Assembly (NCBI GenBank): GCA_949358305.1
Contig: OX442314.1
Span: 29,326,001-29,390,000, forward strand
Reading direction: 5' to 3'
From: Strigamia acuminata
Lineage: Eukaryota
Length of the DNA: 64,000 nt
The position numbers and the translations under genes are program-made. The notes under the pieces were generated by a model. The model had not been told where the DNA came from and searched no databases. It worked only from the letters and a program-made list of their open reading frames with translations. Shown one piece after another: positions 10,780 to 22,333 of this stretch (its first letter is position 1; each line of letters opens with the position of its first letter).

Positions 10780-12400
10780 TGTAAGAATCTAGAGTGAGTA
10801 GAAGACTCACAGACACACTGCCGGCCTCTTCATACCAACATTCCGTTGAAGAATTTGTGACGATTCTACTTTTGGCTGATTTAATAGCCATTTAAGATAG
10901 ATAAATAATCGGTTTAAACAAGACGTTGCTAGGAGTAGCAACAACCTAACCGAGATAAGATTACAGAAGTCTGTGTAAAAATATGAACTCATGACTGAGC
11001 AGAAATAACTTACAGTTTTTAGTGTGGCATAACATATTTATTACTGAAATAATAACAATAACAAAGATGGGTTCTTGACGCGTGTAAACGGGCGGCATCA
11101 ACTGGTTGAGGATCCGGGCGAAGCCAGAGGGATACGGCTGACTTGCGGCATCGTCACAAATATCACTACGGAGACGTATTTGGTCCGCAGCATCGATTAT
11201 CTAAATATGCGAAGTGTCCTTCGCATAAACAAGAATATTCGGCAGAATATTCCATAATTCAAATGAACAAAAGTAAAGTGATTAAATGAATATAACAAAT
11301 GAATTGTTATATAAATATTAATTGGGCGGGGACCGTCACGACAATTGAGAGAACGTCGCGGGAGTTGTTGAGACTCCATCCGCCAGCATGCCTTACGACG
11401 ACAAGATCTCGTGATCAGGCGCCGAGTATTTAATTGTACGCTTTAGTTTGCTATCGGTGGTACCAACCACCAGGTAAACATTTCTATGGACTTACCGGGT
11501 TTAAAAGATATTGCCAATACAGGATTACCAATGCCCGAGTAATTCGTTTAACACAGTGTTGTTCAACTCCTGTTCACGGGTTACTAACCCGGAGGGTACG
11601 ATGAGGCGGGGACCGTCACGACGGTCGAGAGAACCATCGCGGGAGGATTTGACTCCTCCATCCGCCAGCATGCCTTACGATGACGGGATCCGTTGATCGA
11701 GCACCGGGTAAAATATTAATCGGCCACTGCCGTTGGATTACCATTATCCAGGTAGTTATTTATCGCAACATCTGAAGATATTACTCACGGGCTACCAACC
11801 CGCCGTGTTACCTGTGCATTAGGCCTTTACCGACTTTTAACGAGCGGAAGGACCAATCGTAGAAAGACGGGAACCTGCGTGGGCTGTTTACAACAACCAT
11901 CCTGCAGCGGACTGTGGCCAGTTAGCTGAGGGACCTACTTTCATTTAGCAAGGTCGTACTGTATACGACCGTTATATTAAGCCACCGTACGAAGTCCTAC
12001 TGTCCCGTAGAACAGCTGGCTAACGTTACGGGGCCATTTCATGCGAATGCATGTCTATTACCGGAGTTAGCCTTCCCGAAATAGCCCTACAACAGCAATA
12101 ACAAAATAGTAATGAATACTAACTGTGGAGAGCTGAGGTGGCCTGATGTGTCGATAGAGAATAATGAAATCAAACGATAACAATTCAACTACAGACAATA
12201 TACAAGTTCAGTTATCAAGCCAGGGGGGTTAGTGGGTGAGAAACTGATGCTTATATAGTTCTGTAGACCTACTAGATTGGCGACAGCCAATCAGCGTACG
12301 AATCGGCGGATGCGTGGGTCACTAGTCCGGACCTAATATATGACTATGTCCAGATGGGCCCAGTTGGGGTCCGGAAGGGTCCGATTGGTTCCCTTCGACA
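10780..12400 (-). mobile_element. Long LTR-like element (TG...CA ends) with internal ~280-bp duplicated structured repeat
   Basis: On the minus strand it begins TGTCGAAGGG (12400) and ends CTTACA (10780). CCAAT boxes and TATATAA lie near 12250-12290; a related terminus occurs at 12618. No TSD or PBS found. Confidence 0.4.
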
Positions 12401-13559
12401 GGTAAGTAATGTGGATATTGATTCGATAGAATCAACATTGTCAAGTAAATAATACTTAGTTTATATCGAATAAAATAGTTATATTTTATTCACCGTGTCT
12501 AAATAATTATTTATCACACTTTTTAGTTTTATCGAGTTTGAATTACGCGCGTTTGATAAACAGCGCCATCTATTGTGAACATTGATAAATACGGATTTGT
12601 AATCATCACAAATTAAATGTAGAATCTAGAGTGAAGCGATTCACAGACGCATTATTGGGGTAACCGATGTGGAGTAATTTCCCGGTTACTCTCCCGCCAG
12701 CCAGAACCGAGTGGAGTAATTTCCCGGCGATGGATAACCTTTCCTGCAAGAAACTGCTTGATTCAATTCGCTGTTGGTTGATGGAACATTTGAGCAAGGC
12801 TTAAATGTTGATTGCACTCGGGGCAAAAATAGCTCGGCGCTATTTTAATTATTTCTTTATTTTCACAGTTATTTATTCCGCTTGGTGAACACAATACCAT
12901 GTTTAAATTCAATGGAATTTACATGAATATTTGTTCAAATGGTTTCGCCATTTTTATGATTGCGCTGTGTAATTATTAACAATATAATAATTACACGTGT
13001 GATGATTGCAGCCAAGTCAACCGCACCTCTCGGATACAACACACCCAAGCCTAACCATTACACACCTTTTAGAACCGACCCCGGACCATTTGGAAACCAG
13101 AACCATTCATAAGACGACATCTTTTACGTCCCGATAATAATGCAGCTACAAACCATTATTATCCGACTGAAAACCGCAAGTGATATTATTTTAGGGCTTT
13201 TGCCAATCAATTGTATATTTAACCTGAAGTTATTTCAGCCATTTGTAGGCATAGGTTTTATATAGATTTCGTTCGAAATAAACTGTCACATGATTTGAGA
13301 AATCACAAGTCTCCGTATTTTACACTTTCACACGAGTTCCCACTTCTAATTGTTAAGCAATTGTATCTCATAAAGTCAATCGTCACAAGAGAAAGCGTGG
13401 TGACTCACATAGTTTGTGGCGGTCGCCACTCACAGTCAGTCAAAAATGTTGGCGCCGTAATTAATAAAAGAAAATGGCCGAGAAATCGTCATCTAAAGAA
13501 TGCATTGCAGATTGTCTGTTAAAGACGAAATAATCACAAAATGCTGTAGATCTCATCAA

Positions 13560-13640
13560 ACACCAATGAATCCCAAAAAACATCAATGAATCTCAATGAA
13601 TCCCAATGAATCCTAATAAATCCTAATGAATCCCAATAAA
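13560..13640. repeat. 10-bp tandem repeat (AATGAATCCC)
   Basis: Visible tandem units. Confidence 0.8.
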
Positions 13641-14548
13641 TCTTAGGAATTCAATTTGACATCTTAAATTCACCTGAAATTCTATAATCCACAAAACATC
13701 GGTTCGAAATTGGACCGTTTTAGCCTGAAGATGATGAGGATGATGCAATTAACAGCAATTAATTGATTTTATATATTGGCCGAGGATAGGCTTTCCTGCA
13801 ATTTTCCGTATGTACGTAAGAAAAGCGTATGGCTATTCTTACGTACGTACGTAAGAATAGCCACGGCGTTATATATTTACTAAACAGCCAGTCTACGCAA
13901 AATCTTTCTATGACAAATTACACTCAATCTTTTTCCTACGAGTTCTTCGAAGTGTAGAAAATAAATAATAATAATGATTAGGCAAATTGTACTAACTGAC
14001 GTTGGGAGAAACAATTTTCCACAATTTGCACTGTAGGAAATCAAACATATCGTGAGATGATAGCATGTCGACGTTGTTGTTTTAATTTTAAGTTTTAAAT
14101 TTGTGTCACCTTTGATATTCATCGATTGATCCAATACGCAAATCACGAATAAGAATCGTGTTGTAGTTTTAAAGATTGGGGAGGATTGCTGTTGGAAGAC
14201 ACAAAAACTTGACCTCACCCACAGTATAGATAGACCACAGACCACACCGTAAAAGGGTTACTACGGAAGTCCCGTTACAATTTATTTCAAACGTTAAAGA
14301 CGCTGAACGCTAGGTGGCGCTCTTACAAATCTGTCATCATAGAATCTCATATTACAACAAATCGCCACCACCAGAGGAAGTTGTTGAAATTTGGCCGACC
14401 CAGACCGCGTGCGCATCACTTCCGGTTTTGCCTTTACGCGTGCTGGTCGTGCTTTCAACGTACGAACGACATAAACCCGAGTATTCCTTCCAATCGTTTT
14501 CCATTCAACAGACGTGACCAGTGCATTTGGTGGACCAGCAAGTTTAAA

Positions 14549-16159
14549 ATGGAATCAGCTAACAGGAATCAAGCCCGAAGAAGTCTTCAAGTCAGTGCTA
14601 ATTTGTACAATTCGCGAGAGGAAGGAAAACCGGACACGGTTGAGCTACGGTGCAACGATGACGGACGTGTACTTGCCAATAAACAGATATTGATCGCTGG
14701 AAGTGATTATTTCCGTGCTATGTTCAAGCATGGCAGCATGGCAGACGAAACCAACATTGCAACATTCACGAACATATCTTCCGAAGTCATGGAAATAATA
14801 ATCAAATTCTTATACGCGCAAGATATTCCTGTCCGTGCCGAAATATCCGACACTCTACTGGAAAAAACAATCATCGCTGCTAACCAGATGCAGTTAAACG
14901 AACTATTTGACAACTACTGGCCAGAGTATAAAAATTCGGTGACTATAAACAACTTTCTACACATTTGGCAGCTGGCGGAAATGTTCAACGAAGACGAAAC
15001 GGTCGAAAACGTTCGACTGTTTGTTTCGCACCACACGAGACTCATCTCCGACACCGATCGACTAGGTCGTATCACTACTAACCAAATGATAAGCCTAGCT
15101 CAACTGGGGAACATGAAAAATGCAGGCGAATTGATTGTGTTTTGTTTAAATTGGTGGAAACTAAAGTCATCCGCAATGGAAAGCAGCACAGAACACCTTT
15201 TGGAATTTATATCTAAATGCGACATAAAGGATTTGTCAGACCATTCGCTTCGCACGCTGTTATTATCTGATGTTGTTAAGAAATCGGCAGAAGTTTACAG
15301 CGTTGTAAGCGAAGTCGTCACTTCGAGGTGGTTAACTACAACATCGCAGCAAATTGAAATAAGAGTCTTCGAAATTACGAGCGGAAGCTGCACCCGTAAA
15401 ATCTCCTATTTAAACCACGAAGAATGGGAAGGTGAAGCGGAATGGATTAACTACGACATCAGCGCAGCAACAGTGCAGTGTCCGGCGTTGTCGAGAACGA
15501 AAGAGATGTTTTACTTTAATCATTTGCCACATCGATTAGGACTTCGAGCAATTGGTGCGTCTACGGGTGACATTTTCGACCGACCCGAAGACTTTGCTGT
15601 GGATAATGTGTCATGCGAAACGATGAATCGTTCGGAAATCTATTTTAGAAGAACAAAGCATACTTATTCGTGTTTTTTGATCAACTCAAAAGAATGGAAA
15701 GTCCTCAATTTCTGTGGCGACATTTCGAATTTCAAATCTTTGCTGTTAGCAACTGATGATAAGAGATATTATTTCGATGTGGACGAGTTGCACATAAAGA
15801 TTGTTAACTGGGATTCAAAGACTTGTTTAACAAAGGAGAAATTACCGGGCAATTGGCAAAGTGTCATGTGTAAAAGTCGAGTCGTAAATTCTTCTGAAAC
15901 GTTGATTTTTGTTCAAAAAATTCCCAGTAGCTCTCTGTTAATTTACGACGTTAGAAGGGATTGCTGGAGTGTTGTTTCGTCGCCGAATATCGATGGTGAT
16001 GTGTCCTTATATGTTTGTTACGACGAAGACTGCCTAATTTTCGCAAAAACAGACGTGGGGTACAACGTGTATTCGTTAAACACTATGACCAAAGTGAATG
16101 AATACAAGAAGCCAACTAATTTTGATGGGTTCATCCATTTTGATGTTACTGTTGTTTAA
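14549..16159 (+). CDS. Intronless BTB/POZ(-BACK) domain protein, copy 2 (536 aa)
   Basis: Collinear paralog of 4150-5775. ATG at 14549 (MESANRNQ) is homologous to the copy-1 start. Confidence 0.9.
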   Translation: MESANRNQARRSLQVSANLYNSREEGKPDTVELRCNDDGRVLANKQILIAGSDYFRAMFKHGSMADETNIATFTNISSEVMEIIIKFLYAQDIPVRAEISDTLLEKTIIAANQMQLNELFDNYWPEYKNSVTINNFLHIWQLAEMFNEDETVENVRLFVSHHTRLISDTDRLGRITTNQMISLAQLGNMKNAGELIVFCLNWWKLKSSAMESSTEHLLEFISKCDIKDLSDHSLRTLLLSDVVKKSAEVYSVVSEVVTSRWLTTTSQQIEIRVFEITSGSCTRKISYLNHEEWEGEAEWINYDISAATVQCPALSRTKEMFYFNHLPHRLGLRAIGASTGDIFDRPEDFAVDNVSCETMNRSEIYFRRTKHTYSCFLINSKEWKVLNFCGDISNFKSLLLATDDKRYYFDVDELHIKIVNWDSKTCLTKEKLPGNWQSVMCKSRVVNSSETLIFVQKIPSSSLLIYDVRRDCWSVVSSPNIDGDVSLYVCYDEDCLIFAKTDVGYNVYSLNTMTKVNEYKKPTNFDGFIHFDVTVV

Positions 16160-16664
16160 GACAAAACATGTTAGATAATCTGTAACCTGTAACACTAATC
16201 TCGTTAAAAATAAAATTTCCTATTATCCCACATTTTGGTTTTTACATTTTAATGTGAAAGAGTTTAACTGACAACGTCGTTTTATTCGTAGAAACGCACT
16301 AAAATAGAAAATTTTATATTTTATAGGCTTTGTTTTGAATTTTCCATGATTCTATCACACAATTCAGTATGAAAATAATATTACACATGATTAAAAATAT
16401 TTTGGTCTTGATTACACAACACAAAAAAAAATCATGATTTGTATTATTAGCGCCCTCAATTGGAACTTGTTGGAATAACACATTCAAAATTTTAAATGTA
16501 ATTTGCATAAGAAAATTATCCTTTTCATTACAAATGAATCACTCGCGGCATCTGCGGCAATTGCTGTTTTAAAACCCGAGCCGAACCATTCAATTCGAGA
16601 TTCATTGCTTCAAACCACTTGGAAAACACATTAATTTATACTTTGGAAAATGTCATCTGCATTT

Positions 16665-17140
16665 TAGAAAATGCCATTTTATTTTACACTACAGAAATGC
16701 CATTTACACTTCAGAAATGCCATTTACACAACAGAAATGCCATTTGCACTACAGAAATGCCATTTACACTACAGAAATGCCATTTACACTACAGAAATGC
16801 CATTTACACCATAAAATGCAATTTGCACATCAGAAAATACCATTTGCATCCTATAAAATGCCATTTTCACTCTATAAAATGCCATTTTCACTCTATAAAA
16901 TGCCATTTTCACCCTATAAAATGCCATTTTCTCTCTACAAAATGCTATTTCCATTATAGAAAATGCATTTACAACTCAGTAATGTGTTTGCAAAAGCAAT
17001 TTGTGTTTTTAAATGAAATTTGTTTTTTTTTAAATGGAACTTGTGTTTTTAACTGCAATTTGTGTTTTTAAATGCAACTTGTGTTTTTAAATGCAACTTG
17101 TGTTTTTAAATGCAACTTGTGTTTTTAAATGCAATTTTTT
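16665..17140. repeat. 21-bp minisatellite arrays (ACTACAGAAATGCCATTTACAC; AAATGCAACTTGTGTTTTT)
   Basis: Tandem units, duplicated at 21530-21845; they explain the spurious repetitive ORFs. Confidence 0.9.
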
Positions 17141-17267
17141 TTAAATGCTTTTTTGAATGTTTCTAGATAGTAATTTAATTTATAATAGATTTAGCAGGTT
17201 TATTTTTTTTAATATTGATTAATTACTTTATTCTAATACCCTAACACATTTTGATCTATACATCTAG

Positions 17268-17892
17268 AAAGAACGGCAGCGAGGTCCAAAACAATAGTTT
17301 GTGGGGCGACTTCTACCATTATGTCTTATTCCTTGCACAAAAATACACGAACATCTACGTTTCCTCAGCTCCATTTTTCAAAAAGCGGTAAGCAAAAATG
17401 TTGCTTAGTCCTTCCAAAAAGAGTCTGCGTTAATATCAAAAAATGTTGTTGCATTTAATCCCTGTTTAGAGAAGTAACTGCTGAAGAAAAGCATTTACAT
17501 CCTGGTCAAGAATTGACCCACTTTTTCAAAGTCATCCTCACAGAAGATAGGCGGGGACTTTTACGGTTTGATTGCTACATGATTGACAATAAACCAATCG
17601 CAATTGAGCACCCAGATTTGCAGAATTATCGCAAAATGAAAATGCAAGTGGAAGTTGAAACTTGTCTAGATTTTTTCACCGACATCAAACGACGTTTTAT
17701 TGAATCGCCAAAAGTGCACACCGATTTTAGTCCGCACAGGGTAATATTTTAAAATGTACAATATTTTATTCGCCATTAAATATGTGTACATTTTATTTTA
17801 ATATTTGTTGTTAGAACTGCCCGTATTGTTTTCCAACTTCATCTGCACATATCTGTAAGTTCATAGACCAGGAAAATTTAATAGGTTCGTAA
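17268..17892 (+). pseudogene. EndoG-like paralog 3, 3' half only (exons ~17268-17387, 17470-17740, 17815-17892)
   Basis: NNSLWGDFYHYVLFLAQKYTNIYVSSAPFF and ELTHFFKVILTEDRRGLLRFDCY...VEVETCLDFF, with introns at the same positions as genes 1 and 2. The 5' exons are absent upstream. Confidence 0.75.
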
Positions 17893-18119
17893 CCGTCGTT
17901 TTATATACCTTTAACTTGGCGGGTGAAATGGTAATAAAAACCGGAAATTATCAGTGTTTTCTTAATAAAATTTAAAGCATATATTCATTTTTGTGTTTAA
18001 TCATTTAGGTGACTGCTGCTATTCATTGTTTTTGAATTGGGAAGCATTAAATGCACGTTTAACTCAATCCTCTTGAGGTCTCGCTACAATACGGCTGAAA
18101 TTGAGTTACGGTTTATACA

Positions 18120-18320
18120 TTTTCGTCTATTTTTTAGTCGTGTGGGCGGTTCGTGGCTGCTCCTGGTTGCTCACCAGCTGCATAAATAATACATCTTGTT
18201 TTAAAATGTAAAAATTGTATAAAATTATTAAAGATAAATCATTATTGGAGATTCTAAACTGAAGCGCTATTTACGAGAAAAAAATGGATCCATTATTGAT
18301 TATTACAAGTCGAAGCAAAT
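18120..18320 (+). repeat. Duplicated last exon and 3' flank of EndoG-like gene 2 (marks start of third cassette copy)
   Basis: TTTTAGTCGTGTGGGCGGTTCGTGG... is near-identical to 3600-3785. Confidence 0.9.
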
Positions 18321-19024
18321 TTTCCAAATTCTAAGTTGCTTAGTGTCATGAAGCCAGAAGATGATGACGATGATGATGAAGAGCCCAAAATTGTTCCTGA
18401 AACTTTTGGTCCTTCTGAATTCACTGGTGAAATTGAAGACACTGCTCCTGAGTCTAAAAATGGGACTGCACCTGAAAGTTCGTCCTAACCTGCGTCTGGA
18501 AATGGCACTAAACGAGCAAGTTCTTCTTCTGAACCTGCAGAGGCCACGTTTGATAATTGTGCTTAATCTGCAAATTTTGCTTCTAAGCAGGAATGTTCTG
18601 TATCTGAACCCACAAATTCTGCTCCTGAGTCGACGGGTCAGTTTAGCGACGTGACATTAGCGACACTAATTTCAGCATTTCATTAATTACCAGCAATTAA
18701 TTAATATCAATTAATGTCGTGAGATGTTAACACGTCGACGATTTTGTTTTAAGTTTAAGTTTTAAGTTTGTGTCACCTTTGATCCAATATGCAAATCACG
18801 AATAAGAATCTCCATCACCGGAGGGAGTTGTTGAAATCTGGCCGACCCAGACCACGTGCGAATCACTTCCGGTTTTGCCTTTAACGCGTGCTGGTCGTGC
18901 TACAACGTACGAACGACATAAACCAGAGTATTCCTTCCAATCGTTTTCCGTCCAAAAGACGTGACCACAAATCCTGTATACAGTATATAAGCGGCAGAGC
19001 ATTAGGTGGACCAGCAAGTTTAAA

Positions 19025-20628
19025 ATGGAATCAGCTAACAGGAATCAAGCCCGAAGAAGTCTTCAAGTCAGTGCTAATTTGTACAATTCGCGAAAGGAAG
19101 GAAAACCGGACACGGTTGAGCTACGGTGCAACGATAACAGACGTGTACTTGCCAATAAACGGATATTGGTCGCTGGAAGTGATTATTTCCGTGCAATGTT
19201 CAAGCACGGCAGCGTGGAGGACGAAACCAACATTGCAACATTCACTAACATATCTTCCGAAGTCATGGAAATAATAATCAAATTCTTATACGCGCAAGAT
19301 ATTCCTGTCCGTGCCCAAATATCCGACACTCTACTGGGAGAAACACTCATCGCCGCTAACCAGATGCAGTTGAACGAACTATTTGACAACTACTGGCCCG
19401 AGTATACAAATTCGGTAACTATAAACAACTTTCTAGACATTTGGCAGCTGGCGGAAATGTTCAACGAAGACGAAACGGTCCAAAACGTTCGACTGTTTGT
19501 TTCGCACCACACGAGACTGATTTCCGACACCGATCGACTAGGTTGTATCACTGCTAACCAAATGACAAGCCTAGCTGAAGTGGGGAACATGAAAAATGCA
19601 GGCGAGTTGATTGTGTTTTACTTAAATTGGTGGAAACTAAAGTCATCCGCAATGGAAAGCATCACCGAACACCTTTTGGAATTTATATCTGAATGCAGCA
19701 TAAAGGATTTGTCAAACAATTCCTTCGCACGCTGTTATTATCAGATGATGTTAAGAAATCGGCAGAAGTTTACAGCGCAGTAAGCGAAGTCGTCACTTCG
19801 AGGTGGTTAACTACAACATCACAGCAAATTGAAATAAGTGTCTTCGAACTTACGAGCGGAAGCTGCACCCGTAAAATATCCTATTTAAACCACGAAGAAT
19901 GGAAATCTAAGACGAAATGGGTTCACAGCGCAGCAACATTTTGGTGTCCGGCGTTGTCGACAATGAAAGAGATGTTTTACTTTAAGCATTTGCCACATCG
20001 GTTAGGACTTCAAGCAATTGAAGTGTCTACGGGTAATATTTTCGACCAACCCGAAGACTTTCCTGTGGATAATGTGTCATGGGAAACGACGAATCGTTCG
20101 GAAATTTATTTTAGAAGAACAAATGATACTTATTTGGGTTTTCGTATAAACTCAAAAGATTGGACAGTCTTCGATTTCGAGGGCGACATTTCGATTTTCG
20201 AATCTTTGCTTTTAGCAACTGGTGATGAGAAGAGGTATTATTTCGATGTGGACGAATTGCACATAAAGATTGTTAACTGGAATTCAAAGACTTGTGTAAC
20301 AAAGGAGAAATTACCGGGCAATTGGCAAAGGGTCATGTGTAAAAGTCTGGTCCTAAATTCTTCTGAAACGTTGATTTTTGTTCAAAAAGTCCCTAATAGC
20401 TCTCTGTTAATTTACGACGTTGGAAGGGATTGCTGGAGTGTTGTTTCGTCGCCGAATATTGATGGTGAAGTGTTTTTGTATGTTTGTTACGACGAAGACT
20501 GCCTGATATTCACAAAAACAGATGTGTCTTACAATGTGTATTTGTTAAACACGATGACGAAAGTGAATGAATACAAGACGCCAACTAATTTTGATGGGTC
20601 CATCCATTTTGATGTAACTGTTGTTTAA
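19025..20628 (+). pseudogene. BTB/POZ(-BACK) protein copy 3 with a single 1-bp deletion (~19722)
   Basis: Collinear with copies 1 and 2. CATTCGCTTCGC in the paralogs reads AATTCCTTCGC here, splitting the ORF into 252 + 311 aa pieces. Confidence 0.85.
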
Positions 20629-21099
20629 GACAGCATGAATTTCAACTCATTTTTGCAGTTTGCAATTTTATAATTTGAATAAAAATAAACAATTTAAATA
20701 ACTACATGTTAGATAAACCTGTAACACTAATCTCGTTAAAAATAAAATTCCCTATTATCCCACATTTTGGTTTTTACATTTTAATGTGAAAGAGTTTAAC
20801 TGACAACGTCGTTTTATTTGCAGGAGCGCACTAAAATAGAAAATTTTCTATTTTCTAGGCTTTGTTTTGAATTTTCCATGATTCTATCACACAATTCTAT
20901 ATTAAAATAATATTACACATGATTAAAAATATTTTGGTCTTGATTACACAACAAAAAAAAATAATCACGATTTGTATTATTAGCGCCCTCAATTGGCACT
21001 TGTTGGAACAAGAATAACATGTTCAAAATTTTAAGTTTAATTCATTTGCATAAGAAAATTATCACTTGGTGTGTGAGAGCAATCCTCACAGCTGTAGTT

Positions 21100-22082
21100 A
21101 TTGTACGTCGGTGAGGTTTCCTTGTATGGAAGTTCCTAAGAGGGATTTGGAATCTCGTGTAAACGTTGAGGCTTATTACGATGCTGATGTGGACCCTTGT
21201 GTGTTTCAATTTGCGCCACCTCGGGTAAATTTGTAAATCTGAAATTATTTTTTAAATGTTGTTTGTTATTTCACTGATGTTGTGGCTGGTGGAATTTTAT
21301 TTGGTTTATAAAAGTGGCGTTTTTAACACGGTAAATGGCATTTATACCTCTGTAAAAAACGTACACTTCAAAAGAGGCCATTTGTGGAATGTTCTGACTC
21401 CACACATGTCTCACCTCAGGTGAGACATGTCTCACCTCAGGTGAGACATGTGTGGAGTCAGAACATTCAATTCGAGATTCATCGCTTCAAACCACTTGGA
21501 AAACACATTAATTTACACTTTGGAAAATGTCATTTGCATTTTAGAAAATGCCATTTACACTACAGCATTGCCATTTACACAACAGAAATGCCATTTACAC
21601 CATAAAATGCAATATGCACATCAGAAAATGCCATTTGCACATCAGAAAATGCCATTTGCACATCAGAAAATGCCATTTGCATCCTATAAAATGCAATTTT
21701 CAATCTACAAAATGCTATTTCCATTATAGAAAATGCATTTACAACTCAGTAAAGTGTTTTTAAATGAAATTTGTGTTTTTAAATGCAACTTGTGTTTTTA
21801 AATGCAATTTGTGTTTTTAAATGCAATTTGTGTTTTTAAATGCTTTTTGGAATGTTTCTAGATGGTAATTTATAATAGATTTAGCAGGTTTATTATTTTA
21901 AATATTGATTAATTACTTTATTCTAATACCCTAACACATTTTGATCTATACATCTAGAAAGAACGCAGCGAGGTCCAAAACAATAGTTTGTAGGACGACT
22001 TCTACCATTATGTCTTACTCTTATTCCTTGCACAAAAATACACAAACATCTACGTTTGCTCAGCTCCATTTTTCAAAAAGCG
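21100..22082 (+). pseudogene. EndoG-like paralog 3, degenerate 5' part plus middle exon
   Basis: RFPCMEVPKR (cf. IFPHFEVPVR in gene 1), exon ending THVSPQ|gt (cf. TNVAPQ|gt), and a frameshifted copy of the 17268-17387 exon at ~21958-22082. Contains stops and indels. Confidence 0.6.
21530..21845. repeat. 21-bp minisatellite arrays, duplicate of 16665-17140
   Basis: Same units and flanks. Confidence 0.9.
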
Positions 22083-22333
22083 GTAAGCAAAAATGTAGCT
22101 TAGACGTGACGGTTATGACACAAGGAAAATGTAATTGCAGGTTGTATTTAAACTTTAAAAAATTTAATAGAAATAGAAAAAAATACATAAATATGCATAA
22201 AATACATGTGGAAGAATTTTTATATTTTATTTACAATGCAAAAACGTGAAGTACAAACAGGTAAAAGTGTTTTAAAATTGAAAAGGAACAGAAAAAAAGA
22301 AACAGAATGAACGAAACGAACGTTTTTAAATTT

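Noticed and set aside
13700..13745. CGAAA...CTGAAGA hammerhead-like cores
   Set aside because: The required stems cannot be formed.
14381..14548. 56-aa N-terminal extension of BTB copy 2 in the ORF track
   Set aside because: Starts at a non-ATG codon and is not conserved in frame in copies 1 and 3; the homologous ATG is at 14549.
16619..17071. Repetitive ORFs (KCHLH/EMPF repeats), also at 21384-21763
   Set aside because: Translations of 21-bp minisatellites; not zinc fingers despite the KCHLH look.
21384..21402. 18/19-nt match (GTGGA.TGTTCTGACTCCA) to the start of the Mag-type LTR at 50404
   Set aside because: Short and with no further similarity; the site is explained as EndoG-like exon sequence, so treated as coincidence.
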